This document shows, piece after piece, positions 49,701 through 62,207 of a DNA stretch of 64,000 nucleotides. The stretch is from Camelus dromedarius. Its lineage: Eukaryota. Location of the stretch: NCBI RefSeq assembly GCF_036321535.1, contig NC_087437.1, positions 89,716,001 to 89,780,000 on the forward strand, read 5' to 3'. A program made the position numbers and the translations under genes. The notes below the pieces were generated by a model. That model was not told the origin of the DNA, ran no database searches, and saw only the letters and a list, made by a program, of their open reading frames with translations. The number at the start of each line of letters is the position of its first letter. Positions within the stretch are counted from its first letter, which is position 1.

Positions 49701-51671
49701 AAAATTATATTGATTATTATGCTACTATTACAATTATTACAATGTAGATTATAATATAGAGTACTAGAAACAAATTCAGAAAAGTTGATATCTGAATGGT
49801 TGTCAATAATAATATGCAGTGTATGCATAGTTGTTCTGCTCTTACTTATTAATGTTTAGGGGGGAGGTGGAAGAAATTAAAAGTTTTAAATTCCCAGAGA
49901 GGACCCAGTTCATAGTTCAAGTCACATAAATAAATATCAAAGGGTTAATATAAATGATATGAATGCATAATGTATTATTATAATTTTGTACATGCTATTT
50001 AAAATAGTAAATACATCCAGTATGTTAAAAATCATAACTCATTACTATAAAGTTACACAAAGTAGTTTGGGTGTCATTTTATCCTAAGAGATATTATAGG
50101 TAACAGTTTGGTTCCCCAAGATAAAATGCACAATAAAGTTTCGACAAAATACAGATATTTTGTATCACATAATTGAATACATGAAGTGCTAATCAGTTTA
50201 ACTAAATTGACGGGCCAGTGAGAATTCTAGAGTTGTCTTAAATAAGTTTAGATCTTTTAAGATTAGAAAATCAAGTTACACTATTTTTTCTTTTAATAAT
50301 CAGTAGCAACTCTAAATATGTAAGTCCGTGGGAACATTCCTCCAAGTTACCATGACTTTGTATTATAAGTCTTAGGTGAGGGCTTCCGGAGAACATCAAG
50401 TTGTAAGTCATGGATATCCTCATAGAAACAAAGAAAGTGGGTGTCATTTTTTTTTTCTAAAAATGGAAGGGAAAACAGAAACAAGGCTCAAAAACTAATT
50501 AAACTTGCTGCAACAGAAATGAAAGCATTTTGATGCAACTTATTAAAGGGAAAATGCTGTGAAATTAACAGTAATCAAAAGCTAATTAAGGTTGATGCAA
50601 TAGGAACAGTCAAAGAATGCTTGATAACATTTATTGAACTAAAGAAACATGACTGTCAAAAAAGGACACATGTGGAATAAAATTCAAGTAATTACAGAAA
50701 AAGGCTAAAACATAGAAAGCACTGGTATATTATAAACAAATACAGAGAAATATGAAATACACAATTTCTAGAAGAATCTTGATTTTAATTACTGCACCTT
50801 ACTGAGTAATAAGAGATGGGAAAAAAAATGATGCTACCTTTTATTGTCCCCTTTTACTATCCATAATTAGTTGGAATTCTCAAGGATAAATTGGTTCTTT
50901 TCGACTGTATGAACCATTTCATAAAATCTGTAAAGAGTACACTGACATTTACTTAATCTAAGCGACGGTAACTAAATTTGGTATTTTTCCTGAATGAGCG
51001 ATGTATGGACATAGGATACTGATGTTTTCCTCCTCATCATGAAATGAGTGACCGTTACTTCCATGTTTACACTTACAAAATATGATTGCCTTTTCACTTG
51101 CAGCTCCCTTCCCTTAATCTTGGTTAATGTCAAGCAGATAAAAAGCTGAATTTTGTCCATGAGTTAAGTATGCCAGTGGCAATGTGCATTCACCGAGCTC
51201 CATAACACATACCACAGAATAGCTAGTGTAAAGAAAGTCTCCAGGTTAGAACAAAGCACAAAGAATAATAACCACGTGTTTTCACTGTTTATCATTACTT
51301 ATATTTAGCCTTTTTTCATAAGACCTAAGTGCAGAAGAAAAAAAATATACAGCCTGTTAGAATAATTACCGTAAATATTACAACAGGGACAAGAGTATAT
51401 AAAAACAGCAATTTCCATATAATCCAGAATAGTTATTTAAATAAATAGAGGGGAAATTGCACTATTTCAATAACTAAAAAGAGGTTGATGCAGCTAGTTA
51501 GACAAAAAAGAAAAAATCAAAGGAGATTTTTTTATTCCTCCCAGGCACCGTGCTACGCAATGAAGTATAGTGACCAGGTGAGCAGCAATGCTAATTAAGG
51601 TACTGGAATCTCAGCTGTTAGATTTACTTCAGGAAAAAATAGCTGTGAGGAGTAGGCATGAGGCACGGGAC

Positions 51672-51850
51672 CATGGCTCTTAAACTTTCATGCACACCTG
51701 GTCAAGAGAGGAGCTTGGTAAAGTCCCTGTTCTGAGGCCCAGACTCAGAGATTCCAATTCAGTAGGCCAGGTTGAGTCCAAGGCATCTGAAATTTTCATA
51801 AATGCCCCTAAGTGGATTTGCTGCAAGGGCCTTTCAATTACATTTGAGCT
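51672..51850. mobile_element. MER5-like hAT element
   Basis: ggctcttaaactttcatgcac...cagagattccaattcagtaggccagg...acatttgag. Confidence 0.65.
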
Positions 51851-52051
51851 GTAGGTTATAAGTCCCTTAAAGACAATAATTGTTTATTCACCTCTGAACC
51901 ATCCAAATGGTCTCAGTTACCTTCACAACCCCATCTTTATTCTATTATTGCAACTGGGCAATTTAAAAAAAAAATGTATGACAGGTATTTTACATATTAT
52001 ACAAATATAAAATATTACACAGCAGCAATAAGAAGTAATTTAGTCAAATAC

Positions 52052-52227
52052 CTGATGATTTTCAATCTTGGCCACACATCAGATTCACCAGGGGGATCTT
52101 TAAAATAAAACTGCTGGAACCGGGCTCCAAACCAACTGAATCAGAATCCCAGGGGGTAGGCCTTGCACATTTTTGTTAAACTCCCTCAGGTGGTACTGAG
52201 GCACAGCAGAGACGGAGAAGTCAGTGA
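52052..52227. mobile_element. MER5-like hAT element
   Basis: ttttcaatcttggccacacatcagattcaccaggggg...accaactgaatcagaatc...ctccctcaggtg. Confidence 0.7.
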
Positions 52228-53289
52228 CCATAGGACAGTGAGAGCAATTTATCAACAGTAGTAAGTTTCTAACAAGAGATTTTGAAATTTCTGATAAACT
52301 TAATTACTGTAGACTTGGTTTAGTTAGTACTTTCTCCTCCTCTGTGCTATGCTCTGATAGCAAGGCTTGACTTTTTTTTTCCTCAACTTTTTCCTTACTC
52401 ACTGTTTTAAATCTCTAGGTTAATTTCTCTCTTCTTAAGAGAAGAGTATAGTTTCTCTTCGGAACTTAATTAGCACCTCTGCCTTCACAGTGGCTGCCGT
52501 ACTCTGGACAAAGCTTCTGCTCCCAGTACTCACGTCTGTACCAGGTAAGCAAACATCCCCAAACCCAACCATAATCTAGCAGTCCACGGTGCAGTATTTA
52601 GGTGACCAAACACAGCAGAATCCTACCTCTTTCATTAAACCTTCTTTACAGTGCAAAAATGGGAAGTAAGACTCCCTCTCTGATCCTGGGAGGCAAATGA
52701 TGTAAACAACGTAGGTTGCTGGGAACATTTTTTTTTTCATATTCAACAAGCCAGTCACTATTCTGAGAACATAAAGGCAATAAGCAGAAAAAAGCAACAG
52801 TATAAAAAAAAAGAGAGCAAGTGGATTTTAAGTCCAAGATTGCAATTGATTCTGAGACCTAACTTTATCCCAATCCTCTGAATTGAATTACCAATATATT
52901 CCTATTTTGGGTACCAACAGCAACTTGGGTTTCCATCACCTGTGCCCAAAGCAGTCTTGGATATTAAAATCTCGGTCTAAGTAATCTTCCTACAATCCAG
53001 CCTCCCACGATCACATTGCTCTCCTCTAAAGATCTTCCAAAAGAAAATTCTCTAACATAACTTTGTTCTGCTTGACCTGTTACCACTCCCGACATTGCAC
53101 ACCTCCTCCAAATGAATAAATAACACCACTTGACCACCTGGCTTTTCAGAGGCAGTTATTTTGTTATTACCTACAATAGCACTAAAACTTCAAAACAGAA
53201 ACAAAATATAGGTTATTAAGTTAAAATTTTTTTTCAAAAAAAATTATAGCCAAAACACTGCAAATAAAAACTGAAGAAAATAACTACTA

Positions 53290-53680
53290 AAAATATTTTG
53301 AGTGCTTAATAAACATGTGCTAGGAACTAGTCTATGTTCTCTCCACTTATAAACTCATTTACTCTTCACAGTTCCAAGCTGGGTCACACAGCTCTCTGTG
53401 CTTAGAAGGGCTCCACGCTTGGCTTAAAGTTCTGCTGTTAATGGTTTGTTTAACACTCTCCTGTTGTTAACCTGAAATTGCTCATAAATTTTGAACAAAG
53501 GGCCACACATTTCCATTTTTCGCTAAGACCCACTGATTAAGTAGCTGGTCTTGACCCATGAGATCAAGACTTCGATTTCCGTCTCCTTTTAAAGATGCAG
53601 GTACTTCAAGTCCATTGTTCAAATTCACATAGCTATTAAGTGGTGAAGTGAGATCCCCACACTGGCCACTTGGCTTCATT
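53290..53680 (-). mobile_element. MIR SINE split by a MER91A-like insertion
   Basis: Left part aactcatttactcttcacag continues after the insert as cccatgagat...ttttaaagatg...cacatagctattaagtgg. Confidence 0.65.
53375..53553. mobile_element. MER91A-like hAT-Tip100 element
   Basis: gtcacacag...gcttagaagggctccacgcttggcttaaagttctgctgt and ttttgaacaaagggccacacatttccatttt match MER91A as recalled. Confidence 0.75.
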
Positions 53681-56107
53681 GACTGGTTCCTCAGGCACTT
53701 GAAACTCAAATTGAGCATGTAGATGAAGTGGTTATAAAATATAGTTGTCAAAAAAGAAAGAATGAAAAAAGCTTGAAGCTTATCTAAATGACCAAACGTT
53801 TCATTTGACTTATGTATGCTAATAACAGTATCATCATGAACTGATGGCAGTGTACCTTACGCCAGTAATATACATCTTACAAGGGCTCCGGAAGAAGGAA
53901 CTATATGAAGAATTAGCCATCATGAAGACAACTTACTTCAATCTTTTTTTTATTACAATATCTCAGTTAAATGATTTCCTATTATTACGTAAGACAAGGT
54001 GCCAACACATTCTGATTATATAAAACCCCTTCAGTAAAGTCTAGTTTCAAAAGTTATATTTTATGGTAAAAATATACCGTAAGGCAAAAAAGCGACAGAG
54101 TAGAGCACTTTTTAGTTAAACAGTATATTGTTTGTCAGAGTTTACTTAGCTATTTTTTAAGAAAAGCTTCTTGTTCTAGTCCAAGATTCTCGTGTGTATA
54201 GAACCTCAAAAATGATGGCTGAAGCACGTCAGTTCCAGAGGATGACAAGACATAACTGACATGCACTGGCTGTGCATAAATAATAAAAATAAACACAAAA
54301 TAAACACAAAACAAAAATAAACACACAAACCGCTGTGCACAAAAGCGTCTCTCCTTCCCTTGCTCCCTTTGCTCCACCCAAATTCTGATGCTTTCAATCT
54401 ACCACAGTGGACTATTTTTCCTTAAGGTTATAGAATTTCTTTGTATCTGAGTTTCTTTTCCTAATGGAAATTTAGGCAAAAGGAGGACTATTATAAGTGC
54501 CTAGTTGGGTTTCTATTTCAAAAGCTGGAAAATACTACATAGTTCAGGGAAACAGTGTGCTTATTTTCACTTTATTTTTGTGGCATTGGTTCACACCAAT
54601 GAACGAAGCAGAGATCCCCCAATTTAACTTGGTAAACATAAAATCTCCTAACATAATTAGCTATGCTAATTTTCATTTGTGTTGTTTGAACCATGAGGAC
54701 TATTCTAAAATAAATAAGATTTGTACATGTTCTTTATCACATCAGACCATAAAATGTCCCTTATTAACCAACCTAGAGAGTAGTACATTGTTTTTGCCAT
54801 TTGCTTACTTTTTTTTTTTTTTAATTCATTGCACTATGGCCTATGGAAACTAAAACCTTCATTTTCAGAGCTGAGGAAGCTAACGGTCTCTCTGATGACC
54901 GTCGTGATCAACAAGATCAGTTTTTCTCTAAGGTTTAATTATAAGTCACTGACAAACTTCACCTGTTATCTGAACTAGTTTCCTCGATTTAGCTGACCAG
55001 CCACAAACATGGCTGTATCAATGCCACTTTGCTCATATCAAAATCTTTAAAGATATAAACTCAGAGTCAATAGATTAATACTCAGTTTCATGTAAAAGGA
55101 AGATAGTTTTAAAATGCCTATTCTGCTTCAGTTATGCAGGAGGATCGTCTTTGAAGTTTTCCTGACCACCTTCTTCTGTGCACAACATAAATTACTCCAA
55201 TTCGGTTTCTATTACCCTCTATTCCAGGCCCATTAAATCTTTCCAAATAGATATCCTTTCTGTCACACACGTACAGCGAAATCCAAGGCCCTTTTTATCA
55301 TATAGTTAAGGGGTGCTACATACTGCTCTCAAACACGGAGAGTAATTTCCACATTTTAAAGCAACAAATTAATCCTGACCTCTGCTATTGACATTTGAAG
55401 AAGAAGCCTGATCTTCTAGGCCTTGATCAGTTTGCCTCTAAAAATTTCTAATTATTGTTAGCAGTTAGCAGAAGGTGGAGAGAATCAGAACCCGAAGCCA
55501 TATGTGACCACAATACTTTCTTTGCTTTCACTGGAATAAATTATCATCTCCACCAGTAGCAACTGGTCATTTTTACAATCATGCCTTCTGGGCTTTTTCC
55601 TTTGACTATTCTCAGCTCACTACACTCTGAGAAAAATGCACTTCACTAGCAAGTTACTACACTCTTTAAAGGGAGTTTTCGCTTTTTCCCCTGAAAGCTC
55701 TTTAAATAAGTGATGATAAAAGGTCAGATGCTATCAGTGTGCTTCAGTCCCTTCATTGCAAGTCAATAACATCATTTTTATTCCATCTGGCATCTCAAAA
55801 CTAAAACTCTTTTTCAGAACTGACAATTTGTGGGCAATTAATGACATTTAAAATATCTGCCTGTACAAGAGTAGTAGAGAAATATTTTCTTTATTGAGGG
55901 TTTTTAAACACATGCAGTGCTTTATAGCCAGGACTTAACTAGAAATATGATGTCGTTTGGTAGAAATAAAAGGAATAACATGAAAAGACCTAATTAAAGG
56001 GAAAATTCACTCACAAGAATTTGAGGCCAGAGAGAATATGCTATAGTAGCATCAGTCTATATGAGTCTGTCTTCTGTAAGCAAGGCATCTCTCTCTCTCT
56101 CCCTCTC

Positions 56108-56114
<7 letters not shown>

Positions 56115-56154
<40 letters not shown>
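56115..56154. repeat. (AC)20 microsatellite, preceded by CT and AT runs
   Basis: Counted directly. Confidence 0.97.
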
Positions 56155-56160
<6 letters not shown>

Positions 56161-56964
56161 GACACACATACATATGACACTTGCTATAGCCACAAACAGG
56201 GTCTCTACAATTCCCCCCAGGAATCAAACTGCAAGTGCCTTTACTAAAAAAAGTAATAAAAGACAAAGTACATGAGGCTCCTTAGGAAAAACAACAATCA
56301 AAAACAAACAGAAAACATTGCAATTCTCTAAAATACACTTGAGGTTTAGGGGAAGCAGAATTCATTCAGAATCCACACTGAAAGTTTCTGTGGCTCAGCT
56401 TTGCCTACAGGTTCACAGTACCTAGCACAGCTTCTTGAAGTTTCCAAAATGAAAAATGCCCCTGTGATCTCCACTTTAGACAACCTTTGATTATTTCCCT
56501 ACAGCTCAGAGTAAACAGTGATTAACAGGATAAAGCCAACAAGTCAGGGAAAAAAAAAAAAAAAAAAAGAGGCAGAAACTGTTCTTATAGTAGCGGCCTC
56601 TCACACCTTTCAAATTTTAAAGTGTAGCTTTTTAAAAGGTATCAAAATATGTCTATCAAAACATTAATCACAAGTCTATGAGGAAAAAGGAAAGGCAACT
56701 CCAACAAAGCTACTAGGGCTGGAGGCAGAGTAATGCTTCTCCTTTCTTCTTTTCTTTCTTTTATTTTTTCCACTGCAGGTTTGACGTCTTTTAGGAAGCT
56801 AAACATATCTTTTATTGTAATGTCTATCATCTCAAGGAAGTCAAGAGGCCATCACACCTGTGATTTCCACATTCGCACACGTGCATTCTCACGTGCTGGA
56901 ACATTCTCACACACCCACACGCCGTACAAGTATCCAACTAGCTCATTTTAATTTCTTGGCTAAT

Positions 56965-57125
56965 ATAGTTAGATTTCAGCTGTGCCAGTTATGAGTTCGG
57001 TCATTATTAACAATTTAACTTCTCTGGGCCTCTGCGTGTTCAAGTTGAGGAGATTAAAAAAAAATGTCACCTATGAAAACTCAATACTGTGGGTGATACA
57101 CAGAAATCACCTGTGAATGTTAATT
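56965..57125 (+). mobile_element. MIR SINE fragment
   Basis: cagctgtgccagtta...tttaacttctctgggcctc core-like segment. Confidence 0.55.
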
Positions 57126-59964
57126 CCATTACAATACACCCAAAGCTAACCTCTTCTTCCCCTAAAAGGAATGGGGAGAACTGAGCAAGCAGTACTTGAC
57201 CCTGCAAATGAGGCCACAATTGTAAGCATTCTGCTCCCCATGTATCCAGTAGATTCGTCCTGTTCTATTGCCTCAGTAGCTTTAATTACAAGCCAAACTC
57301 AGAACATGAATTATAGAGACTGAACAAGGAATAAGTACTGATGAGTAAAAGTACATCATTTATTCCTAGAAACATAGTCGCCAAACACAGAGTCAGAAAG
57401 AAGGCATATTTCAATAATACAAAATCACAAAATGAAATGTGATTAAGAGCAGAAAGTGGATTTTTCTGTTTATACCCCAAATCCATCTCATTAGCTGATG
57501 ATTTTTAACTTGTCTATTTTTGAGCTGTGCTACAGCCAAGTTTTATTAAGCCCATGTAATTAAAAACTCTAGCCCATTAAAAGCACCATGGAAATCTTTG
57601 ATTTGCATTTAGGATAGTATTTGTGTTTAGCTTGCTTTTCCTAGATTTATGATTTTTAAGGGTAAGTAGTGTAACATTTATGGACATTAAATAACTTGTG
57701 AGTATACAATAAAATTTTCTCTCATTTTAAACAAAGTCAAATGTAAAAATGTAAATAAGTACTAAATCCAGGATATTTTGCCTTTACTTTGACAATCATA
57801 ACAATGCTATTTTTAGACTTTTTTTTTTTCATAAAATAGAGGTTTTATAGATGGTTGGTGTTTAAATGCTGTAAGATTGCCTAGAAGAAATATGTAGAGA
57901 TTTCTTTATATGGTTAAATGTATTTGAGGAAAACACAGTACAAAAGCATTCACTGTTCTTTCTAAACACTTACTGAAACAAGCCTCAGGAAGACTTACCC
58001 TGTGAAACTTTTCAAGTGAACCTCTCTAATCAATTGTCCCGTTAGTAGTCTCTGTACTGACTCCTACACAATACAGCAAATGGAATTTCTAAAGTGATAA
58101 AATGGGTTGAAAATAATTAAGCTTTATATAAGTAAAATAATCTCTCCATTGTCTAATTTATTGTGAATCACTTGAATTTCTAGAGAGTTTTATAACTTCC
58201 TTGTCAAAGTTTTTGATGCTAGAGAAAATATAGTATTTCCATGAAACTACACAGCCCACTACACAATACAGTATATATACATTACCACATGCACCTGAAA
58301 AAAAGTAGTAAAAATGCATATTTTATGAAATGTACTTGAAATGAAATGTACTAGAATTTAGACAGCCATTATAATTTTCTACTGAGTTACCAGCCACTAT
58401 AACATTTGTGAGAGATTGCAATTTCCACAAGCACTGCTGGAGGGCTATCAAGTTTTCATGGTCATATATTTTCATATTATGTTGTCCAAAAATGATTATT
58501 CATTTACTTAAATGATCAATTTTATTCAATAAAAAGAATGATCTCAATGAAACCTGCTGTGATTCCCTTAATACTCTCACTTTAAGGTCATTGAAAGAGG
58601 CAGTATTAATGGTGCTTTTCAGCATCCTTGAAGCAGTTTATAGCCTGCTTATGTGACCTTCCATTTTGGGGTCAATTGGGGATAACTTACTGAAATTACA
58701 ATTTTCGGCATAATCTCCGGACCACAAAGAATTCAATAGTTCCTGACTACGTTTATCTTGAAATCAGAATATAATAACACTATCTCAATTCTAACTTGCA
58801 CTTCATTTGTAATTGCAGTGATACTCTTTAAAAGTGGTTGCTCATTTTTCAAGGAGAGGTCCAATTCTCCAACTGGGTTAAACAGAGCTCTCCATTTAAC
58901 AAAACTAAAACTTTTAATATACATTTTGAGGCGGGTTAATAGTCTTTTTCCATTAGGATAAAGGAGCACACACTGAGAGTATCTTTCTGCCATCTGAGTA
59001 ATCAATGAGCCAATATGGTTATAAATCTTACAGAAATTCCCCATGGTTCAATTCAAAGAAAAGAGTTTATTCTTTTCGGCCCCCAATCCTTCATTTTTTC
59101 ACTATCATTTGGTAACTGTAGAGGGAATCTTTTCATCTTGCAATTAAGAGAAAGAGGGAATATTTCACACTTTCTCTTAACACCTGCCTATTAAAACAAT
59201 CCCTATTATATACATGTATGCTAATCATGATCATAATCGTACAAAAATTATCTGGAAAAGAACTATAAAAATCCTACCATCAGGAAAAACCATTAATTAT
59301 TGTTATTTTAATGATTGAAATGTGAATATGTGATCGGTCATTATTTTAACAGAAGTAGAGTGCAAAGTAATGATTACGTCCAAGCACATTTGTTCATTAA
59401 ATAGTATAGTGGGCAACTTTATCCAAAAATGTTGTCAGGTTTGCCAGTAATTACACATATGCCATGATAAACTCACTGGTACTGTATGATGCTCCAAGTA
59501 AAGTGATTGATAATGTAGTTGGAAAATTTATAATAAATGAGTCATATCACAATGAGGCCTTTTAAAAATTATGCTGATTTTCTACAAAAGTACATGATAA
59601 TACAAAAGGTCAGTAATTATACTGTCTTGATACAATTACAAAACTAATCTTTTAGCTTTATTATTCTCCTCCCAAAGATTTATTACTGGGATTGTGGAAC
59701 ACAGAAATTATTAATTAAAATAGTTAATACTCTAAATCATTTGAATGCAATCCACATTTCTCGCCAGTAAAGAAATCATCTAAAAAAAAAAAAAACTTTC
59801 ATAGTATTGAAAGTCAGCTTTCATACCTGACCTGGCACTTCAAAGTAACTGCACATAGTGACTTTAAAACAGATAAAGTTCATTTGGAAAACATTAATAA
59901 AATATATATTCCAAATCCTACAGATAGTCCTTTTTAAGATTCCTCAGTGAATAAGTTTGTTACT

Positions 59965-60376
59965 CACTGTGGTTGTGTCTGATTTCATCATTTCACCTCT
60001 GTACACCAAACAGCCTGAGCAGCTGACCCTCTAGAATGCCTCTCCCCAGCATCCAGCCCTCAACCTCTGTCCTCAGGTTTCCAATTAAGTTCAGCCAAAG
60101 AAAGGCAATGCCAGGAGACTGCAGGGCAGGAGAAGAGCAAGGCAGGGTGTTCCTTTTGACTTTGGTACTGGCTGCACATTCTGGTTATGGTTTAGGTCAC
60201 ATGCCATTTCAGGCTGAGGGAGAGGACTAGCTTCTCACATTGTTGGTCTCTGAGACATCGGCATTTTGTTGGTTTCTGTAAGCCTCCCCATACCTTTATG
60301 AGTACTTTCATTATTAAACCCTCTTAACTTGAACATGTTGATGGTGCTATGTGTTTTTGGCTGTGATCTGGCTACA
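59965..60376 (+). mobile_element. LTR33-like (ERVL) LTR
   Basis: ttcagccaaagaaaggcaatgccaggagactgcagggcaggagaagag and the 3' part catacctttatgagtactttcattattaaaccctctt...ctaca resemble LTR33. Confidence 0.65.
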
Positions 60377-61289
60377 TATTCTCATGGTAATTTCACTTTA
60401 AATGCTTATTAGTTTTGTACTGTTCTCAAACACCCAAACTGAGCACACTTCAGTTTATGTAATAACACATTTATGTATGCAAATCATTCAATACAAATTA
60501 CCCTTTCTTTGGAAACTTTTCAAAAACATTCATCATTCTCCCTATTTTCATCCATTTAACTCTTTCACATTCATCTTCTCCTGAAGTCCTGATTTCTTTT
60601 TAGGGCATCATATTCACAGGAGTTTGAGACCTGAGTTATCACTGATTTTAACTGACTCTTACCCACAAGTCCCCCTAAATTATATATTTGGTAAGTTTAC
60701 TGCCTCTATAGATTCAAAGTTCTCAGTGCTTCTCACAGTTGCTTTTTCTTTTCCTTCCCCACTTTCTGGTTTGGGTCCTTACTGTTTTCCAGTTGAACTA
60801 CTCAGCCTTGTTGCACATGGGAAAGACTGCCACTCCACCTGGCAGGCAAATACCTGAGAGCGGAGATGCGATTGGAGGGATGTAGCCCTGCTCTTTCCTC
60901 AGACAGCCTTGCTTCTCACATACAAGGATGATTCGGGGCACTTCAAATAGCTTAAACCTACAACTGATTTTTTTGCGACTTCATGTACTTTGTAAACTTA
61001 ACTAAAGAATGAAACGAAACTCCGCCCGGCTTTTGTGCTTAGTTCACCCTCATCCCACTTGTCACTGGCTCCTCGGGCACAGCGCTGCCAGTGAACAGGA
61101 CGGCTACACCTTGTCCCCTCAGCCATCTGTCCCAGGGCGCCTTGTGTGCTATGAGCTCACCTTGAGTTTTCCTGGAAAACCTTGTGCTTATTATTTTCCC
61201 CGTGTGAATTCACCCTAACCTTTCCATTCTTAGCTCCCACTTAGTCCACAGGAGAGGGCACTGTCATCTGCCGGGGAGCACAGGCTGTA

Positions 61290-61430
61290 AGTGAGGTCCC
61301 ACAGCCTACGATTATGCCCTTGCACCACTGCTCTCATTTCCAATTTAAGCAAGTGACTGCACTTGTCTCTGCTTCAGTAGCCTTATATGGAAATTGCATA
61401 TAACAATGCCTCCATCGTGAGTCTCCATGA
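61290..61430 (+). mobile_element. MIR SINE fragment
   Basis: ttaagcaagtgactgcacttgtctctgcttcagtagccttatatggaaattg core-like segment. Confidence 0.55.
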
Positions 61431-61999
61431 GTCAAAGCTTTTCAAACACTCTCAGCTAAAACAGACTAGCCACGATTTCCCCAGTACATCCTACATGGGG
61501 AAAACTGTGGCAGGAGACAGGTATAGCAGCAAAACCCACAGAAAGCTCTGAACGCTGTCTTAAACTGCAGCAACTTGTTCTGCCATCTTTTTAAGTCAAT
61601 CTCAAAATCGATCTTCTCTTCTGAGTCTTTTTCTGCTTTCTCTAATTTGATATAATTACTCTGTCTAAGCTGTCACCACTCTTTATCAGTTTGTTAGTTT
61701 CTCTTACAAGAGACACTCTTAATTACATACCTGTATCTTTATACCTATATGTAGATACTTAGGTAGAGATAGACAAATACACTTCTCCATAAGATTCTCC
61801 ACATTTTTAAGTTCAGATAAAATGTTTTATCTATCTCTTCCTGCAAATACAGGTTTGCTCAAAATGGACTATATTGTATAATGCAATTTAACAATCTTTT
61901 AAATCAAATACTTACTATTCGATAGTCACTTTCCCAAGATTATTGTTAATCTTAACCACACCTCTGTAAAGTAGGTGTAATCTCCATTTCACACACAAT

Positions 62000-62207
62000 A
62001 GTGCTTCTCAAAGTGCTAGTTACAAACTTTCTTACTAGCAAAGAGATAACTACAGAAGTTGAGAATAAATGCTTAGAAACTTTTACAGTAACCTGACATT
62101 GCCATGACTTCCAAGCATGTGATCTCTGTCAATAAATTTGGTTTGTACCTTAAGTTTTCTGTAGATTGGCATGCCACGATGTCAGGGAAACATTTTGGAG
62201 TAATCTG
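62000..62207. mobile_element. hAT-Charlie relic (MER119-like)
   Basis: agtgcttctcaaagtg terminus and gagataactacagaagttgagaataaatgcttagaaacttttacagtaacctgacattgcc internal motif. Confidence 0.6.
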
